Assembly: GCA_013115125.1 (NCBI GenBank)
Contig: JABANN010000261.1
Location: 1-46,221, forward strand
Length of the DNA: 46,221 nt
Source: Perkinsus olseni
Taxonomy: Eukaryota
Direction: 5' to 3'
Shown: in pieces, positions 41,241 through 46,221 of the stretch
How positions within the stretch are numbered: the first letter of the stretch is position 1
Layout of the letters: each line of letters begins with the position of its first letter
The notes under the pieces: generated by a model
What the model was told of the DNA's origin: nothing
Database searches by the model: none
The model's input: the letters and a program-made list of their open reading frames with translations, nothing else
Translations under genes and position numbers: made by a program

Positions 41241-42881
41241 TCAGTGTGCCGCAGCGCCTGTACTAAGGTGTTTTCGGTAGTGACTGTTCCTCTTCATCAC
41301 AGCAGAAGCCTTGCCAGTGAATCTCGACATGCCCCCTGGGGAAGAGTCTTCCTCACTAGCCTGATGACCTCGTCTAGGAGTGATCTCTAAGGATGCCGCT
41401 CGTCTCCTTGCAGGAGCACCACCTCGTTGGTGGCATTTCGGTGTATCATGATTACTCTGACGGCCCACCTAATCACGATAACAGCGATTATACTGGGCAT
41501 ATAGATTGCCCCTCACCCTCCGAGATATTGAACTGAATATTCCATTCACTCGCTCTGGCAGCTGTAGGCGGTTACCAAAGAAGCTGCTGCTACTGCTGCT
41601 GCTGTTGGGGGCTCCACCTAAAGTCCAAAAATGGTCCACTCTCCTGTCACCTTAGATGCTCACCATGCAAGTACTCGTCACGGATGACCGATCTCTTGCC
41701 CTCCAACGTTGGGCCAATGCTGTCGTTGCCCTCTGCGGTAGGGGGCTGTGGTGGTGGCTGTGGACTTGTCGGTGCTGAGCCCGCTAGAGGACGGTATACC
41801 TCCACCATGAGCAGTGAATCGGAAGAGGTATCGGAAGAGACTCACCCCTCGGATCATCTGTGATTCAACCCATTTATGCCATTGATGGAAAGGTACCTGA
41901 GGTGATGCTAACAACAACACTCTCGAAGTAGTACAACCAACCTTCTCCTCACATGCTCTCCTATAGAGGTCTCTCGGGTCGAACAGGCCGAGGTTATCCA
42001 AGTAAGTTGAGTTTAGTTTAACAGCTAATACAACCATACGGAAGTATTCCTCCTGTATGCAGTATGATGTCATAGCATCATCTTCAGAAGGCCTACCTCG
42101 GCTGACATGGGCTTGCTCGGGGGTATAGCACAACAGTCTTCACCACTTGCGGCTGTGGTGGCGGGTGATGATATAGGTGCCACTGCTGCTGTTGATTGAT
42201 GATGCTTCCCTCCTAAGTACATGCTTAGTATGCTCCTCTTACCCGCTAGGTTGATGATGGCAATACCTATGTCCAGCCCATTGGCTTGGACTACACTCAG
42301 CAGACGATTGTTCTCGGCATGCAATCTGCAAGAAGGGTTTTGAGGACCAAGGAACGCAGTTGCCGTTGTAGGTATGACAACCTTCTCATCTCTTCTATGC
42401 ACTGCCGTGTAATCTCTTCCTTCCGGTCTAATTCAAGTTGAGCTATACCAAGCTTCCCTCGAAGCAGCAGATTCTCTTGTGTCTTGGTCATAAGGGAGTC
42501 CTGCAATCTTACCTAATCACAATTTTCAATACCTGTTGAAGCTCTCCTCAAACTGCACTTGCCATATCCCTTGATAAGGCTCGTCGTTCGAGGAGTACCC
42601 TCTGCAAGGCTCGGTCATGCCCCTCCTCCACCCCACTTGCATGATACCCATGATACTCTATGAGCGGTGTGCCCTGCAATAATGATGTTTCACCTCTCGA
42701 CAGCCATTGCCAATGTGTTCAACTATTCCACCAGTTCAAGCAAAGCTATCTCACTTGGAGTTGCGGACGAGAAGAGTGAATGCTCTCTGATGAATTATGT
42801 AGCTCATGAGTGATGGGAGGAGGGCCAGTGCCGACCTCCGCTGTAGTATGATCCTCTCTCGAGCCACTCTCCGATGGGCAT
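41241..42881 (-). CDS. Coiled-coil protein with a compact helical domain (EEYFRM..LAVKLN...VPFHQW)
   Basis: Coiled coil QDSLMTKTQENLLLRGKLGIAQLELDRKEE; exons EEYFRMVVLAVKLNSTYLDNLGLFDPRDLYRRACEEK|VPFHQWHKWVESQMIR; start at 42881 or 42889. Confidence 0.55.
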
Positions 42882-42887
42882 GAAGCC

Positions 42888-43300
42888 ATGAAACTACAAG
42901 AACTGAGAGAAGAGTCGTTCTATAGGATGCAGGGTACTGTTTATGTACGAAGTTGGACGACCGATGACGGTCGGAGTGATCTGATGCTCAACGCGATAAG
43001 CTTGAAGCCTTACTCTAGGTCAAGCAAGGACAATGTCTGAAACAGACGGATACCGAGTTATGCTACCCGATGTCTCATTCTACTATGACGGAAAAGTAAA
43101 AATCAGAAGCTACGCTATGCAGCGTTGTGAGCTCGGATGGTGAGACATGCCCTTTCATTTTTATGAAGCTCACTCGCAGCAGGCTCCCCCAGGTTCCTAT
43201 TGATGATAAGACGTATGATGTCACTCCATGACTATCCTCCTAACACCATGTTGCTACGTAGGCCTTGAAGGGTAGCGCGACCCTCATAACCTAGACCTCC
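42888..43300 (+). CDS. Possible small multi-exon protein (OB-fold-like)
   Basis: MKLQELREESFYRMQGTVYVRSWTTDD|GQARTMSETDGYRVMLPDVSFYYDGKVKIRSYAMQR joins in frame across a GT-AG intron (42970-43018); later exons unresolved. Confidence 0.3.
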
Positions 43301-43522
43301 CCGAGCGGAGATGAATAGCAAGAAAGCTATGGGAGGACGGTTCAGGCACACTGAGGCGATTCAACAGAAGGATAACGTGATTTCCGGTTGAAAGGCAGGA
43401 ATGCTGGAAGGGCTCTGTTGCCAGTAATCGAGAATAGGCATACTCTCATGTGCTCCCACCACTCCGACAGTACGAATAGTCCCGTCATTGACAAGCAAGG
43501 CTTCTGAAGAGAATCATCGTCA

Positions 43523-44683
43523 TCATTCGATGTCGGAATCATAGCTGTCTTCTGTTTGTGCCCAATGGCATCCATCTGCTACTACATAATCCCGTGCCTC
43601 AGCGTAGCCATCACCATAATAGATGAATAGCTCAGAGCCTGCCTCTACTACGCTGGATGTGTATCTGTCAGTAAGATCTGGAGGAGGATGGTCTAGGGTG
43701 GTCTAGGGTGGTGGTGCTACATCTGGGGGCATGCTTCCTTCCTAATTTTCCATTGGCAATTGGTGCTTCTACCCGGCGGGGGCTCATTAATTCGGAACCC
43801 AACGGAAGCTCTCCATTCCAAGCAAACAGCCTGTAAAGATATCTTGGACCACAGCGAGCGATTCACACCGCTACCTCACTGGAATGGTCACTTATGTTGC
43901 CGTCAGTCGGATCTATTGTCCAGTTGCCGCCAGTACCACCAACAGTGGCGTTGTAGTGCGGGTTAGATACATGAGACGAGTGTATCCAGTACCTACAACG
44001 GGAGGAACCATCACAGGGACGAGGAGTTCATACCGGTATACCCATCCATTGAAGAAACAAGAGTATTCGCTGGAAGATCAACAGTGGTGAAGACTGACAG
44101 CTGGCCTTCAGGTAGCCAATCGGAATGGGCCTATGAGAAGACACCAATAAGAGCCATCGGAGTGCTCCTTCTCCTCCTCCTACCCTCCACTCACCAGTAC
44201 GAATCGTTCATCCCTAGGTCCAGTGCAGAGCTCCTGTAGACCCTCAATGGCACTCTTGACTGCTCCTAGACATGTACGGATACCATCCGAAGACGGCGGT
44301 CCAACCAGGTCAACATCTTCCCCTTGTGATAGCACCCATAACCTGGGACAATACTAAAGATGCATGGCAGTCTGGTTGTAGCCATTACGGGTCCTCAGAA
44401 CTAGAGTATACTCCCCCCTCCAGTCTACCACCTGCATCTGCTACTTTTTGTTGTAGTTGTACGCCTAGCCGCTGGCCTGATGATGATTGCCAGGATGGGG
44501 TGATTGAGAGGTAGGGTGCTTACAGTGGAGCAAAAGCTCTTTAGGTTGGGTATTAGCAGTACTCTTCCGACCATCTTCACATAGCCTACAGCAGGCAGCA
44601 TCCAAATCACACAAGAGGTCGAATAATCTATCTGGCAGGGGATCCACCGTCATTGGTGGGGAGAGGGAGCTGAAGACTTCCAT
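43523..44683 (-). CDS. SET-domain lysine methyltransferase
   Basis: Spliced exons give GQLSVFTTVDLPANTLVSSMDG (motif I region), ASVGFRINEPPPGRSTNCQW (RFINH-S-like motif III), IYTSSVVEAGSELFIYYGDGYAEARDY (ELxxxY motif IV); TGA at 43523-43525. Confidence 0.75.
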
Positions 44684-44752
44684 TGGATGATGATAAAACA
44701 CAACAGTAAGAGTGATGATGACGTTGAGGAAACAATAGGTGAATAGGAAACA

Positions 44753-45820
44753 TCAATAATCTTGTGATTCGACAATCCGTCTACTAGGTAGGTGCTTCTT
44801 CTCCTTAGCTGCCTCCCTCTTCTGTCTTTTGGCCATAACCCTTTCCTGTGCCCCCTTGCCCTTCCCAGCTGTCTCACGCAGCATAGCATCCTTAACTCGT
44901 TTCCTAACCTCCGATTGCTTAGGGAAGTACGGCATCTTACCTGATATCCTCAGAATCAGACCGCATTCTCACCTACCAACCTCGCCGAGGGTTGTGTGAA
45001 CAGAGACTATGGTAGTGCATCCACCCATTAGTACCAGTCTTAGCAACCTGTTCCCTTTGCTTCTGCCGTATATCCTTCATTGCTTCATGTTTCAATGATA
45101 ACCGTCGACGTGCCTGCATGATGATGTTACTAGCATCAACAGTTCACTACGGCCTCCTACCACATCCTGAGATTGCATACGTTTAAGCTCGGCTTGGATG
45201 CCCTCTGCTTCTGCTATTTTTCCTTTCTTTTTCAACTTGGCCATTTCCTTATTCATCTCTGCCATCTCCGACTCTCGATACTGAAGGAAGGTACTGTTCA
45301 GCGATGGCCTCTTGAGTCTACTGGCGTACATCATTGAGGAAGGAGTAGGCCTTAGCGAAGCCCTCAGCATTGAACGAGCCAGTGAGGTCATTGAATCGAG
45401 GGTCGGTTATAATGGCAGATGAACCGCTGCTACTGCTGGACTTGCGCTCCCGGCCAGCCGATACCGGTGCCCGTGATGAGACCTCTAAGGGCCTAATCAA
45501 AGGAGGATGTGAGCAGGCGATTGAGGATTAGTATACCTATTCTTCTCCGATCGAGTCTTTTTCTTCTGGCTAGTGGCAGGTACCGCAGCACTGGTCCTAG
45601 CATGCTCGGCTTTTGCTCTCCTCGGAACCTCTGACGGCTTATGGGTTGTATCTATTGATCAACTCCTTTCGAGCCATTACTGGATATTCTACCCCATCCT
45701 AGCCTCACCTAGCCTCTCTTCCTCCTCTTCCACCACTCTCTCCTCTTCCTCATCGCTACTACTACTACTGCTAACATCCTCCCAGGCATCATGATTGGCT
45801 CCCCTTCGACGATGCGACAT
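44753..45820 (-). CDS. RRP36: rRNA biogenesis protein RRP36 (DUF947)
   Basis: Acidic N-terminus, EVSSRAPVS, DPRFNDLTGSFNAEGFAKAYSFLND|YRESE, EQVAKTG|KMPYFPKQSEVRK, KRQKREAAKEKKHLP. Confidence 0.9.
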
Positions 45821-46039
45821 GGTGGAAGATGAGTAACCCTGAGGAGGTCTCTTAGTGACACGTCTGCTGTACTGCAGTGAACAATGCTCCAGCCTGAGGG
45901 GGTGTCACTACCGCAGTTGTGCTGTTAAATACACGTGCAAGAATCTCCAAGATCTCGTCCACTGGACGACGTCCAGCATGATCTTCATTCAACAACTTAC
46001 TCAAGACATAATACTCCAGCAACATCGGAAAAAACTTTG

Positions 46040-46090
46040 TGCGGGCCACAAAATTTCTTGCGCGGGCCACTAATTTTCTTAGCGGGTGCC
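46040..46090. repeat. Imperfect 21-bp tandem repeat (about 2.4 copies) in GC-rich upstream region
   Basis: gcgggccacaaaatttcttgc / gcgggccactaattttctta / gcgggtgcct upstream of RRP36. Confidence 0.6.
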
Positions 46091-46221
46091 TAATCGATGG
46101 GACGAACACTCAACTGGACGAACAACTTGGCGCACGCCCAAAAAAATTAAAAAAAACCTCGCTCGCCCTAAATTCCTTTAAATGCCCGGGTCTCATTTCA
46201 ATCACGGTCTTAAACCCACTT

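Noticed and set aside
43601..43615. CGTAGCCATC partial match to the Perkinsus spliced leader (ACCGTAGCCATCTTGGCTCAAG)
   Set aside because: Only 10 nt match, it is antisense to a SET coding exon, and the GGCTCAAG half is missing; I found no SL RNA gene or relict SL in the window by eye.

Overview
Gene-dense eukaryotic nuclear DNA with many short (about 30-90 nt), mostly GT-AG introns. Gene content and intron style fit a myzozoan alveolate, most likely a Perkinsus species (inference). Recognisable genes: a kinesin-3-type motor with an FHA-like domain, MCM7, a C3HC4 RING protein, a TMEM131-like Ig/ASH-domain protein, an intronless Tubby-domain protein, a CCCH zinc-finger protein, an Ataxin-2/Pbp1 homologue with a C-terminal Q27 tract, a SET-domain methyltransferase whose motifs do not appear in the ORF track, and RRP36. 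There are also a claudin-like 4-TM protein, several secreted or GPI-type small proteins and about ten hypothetical genes. I found no tRNA, rRNA, CRISPR array or intact mobile element, and no clearly novel multi-gene system. The strongest leads are a recurrent B-box-like CAGGTTCG motif in promoter-type intergenic gaps, co-oriented genes only 50-70 nt apart (suggesting polycistronic, trans-spliced units), the cryptic SET gene, a triplicated decaying segment, and a GNRA hairpin with box C/D-like motifs at the window start. CDS coordinates are gene spans including introns, spliced by eye, so ends of hypothetical genes are approximate.
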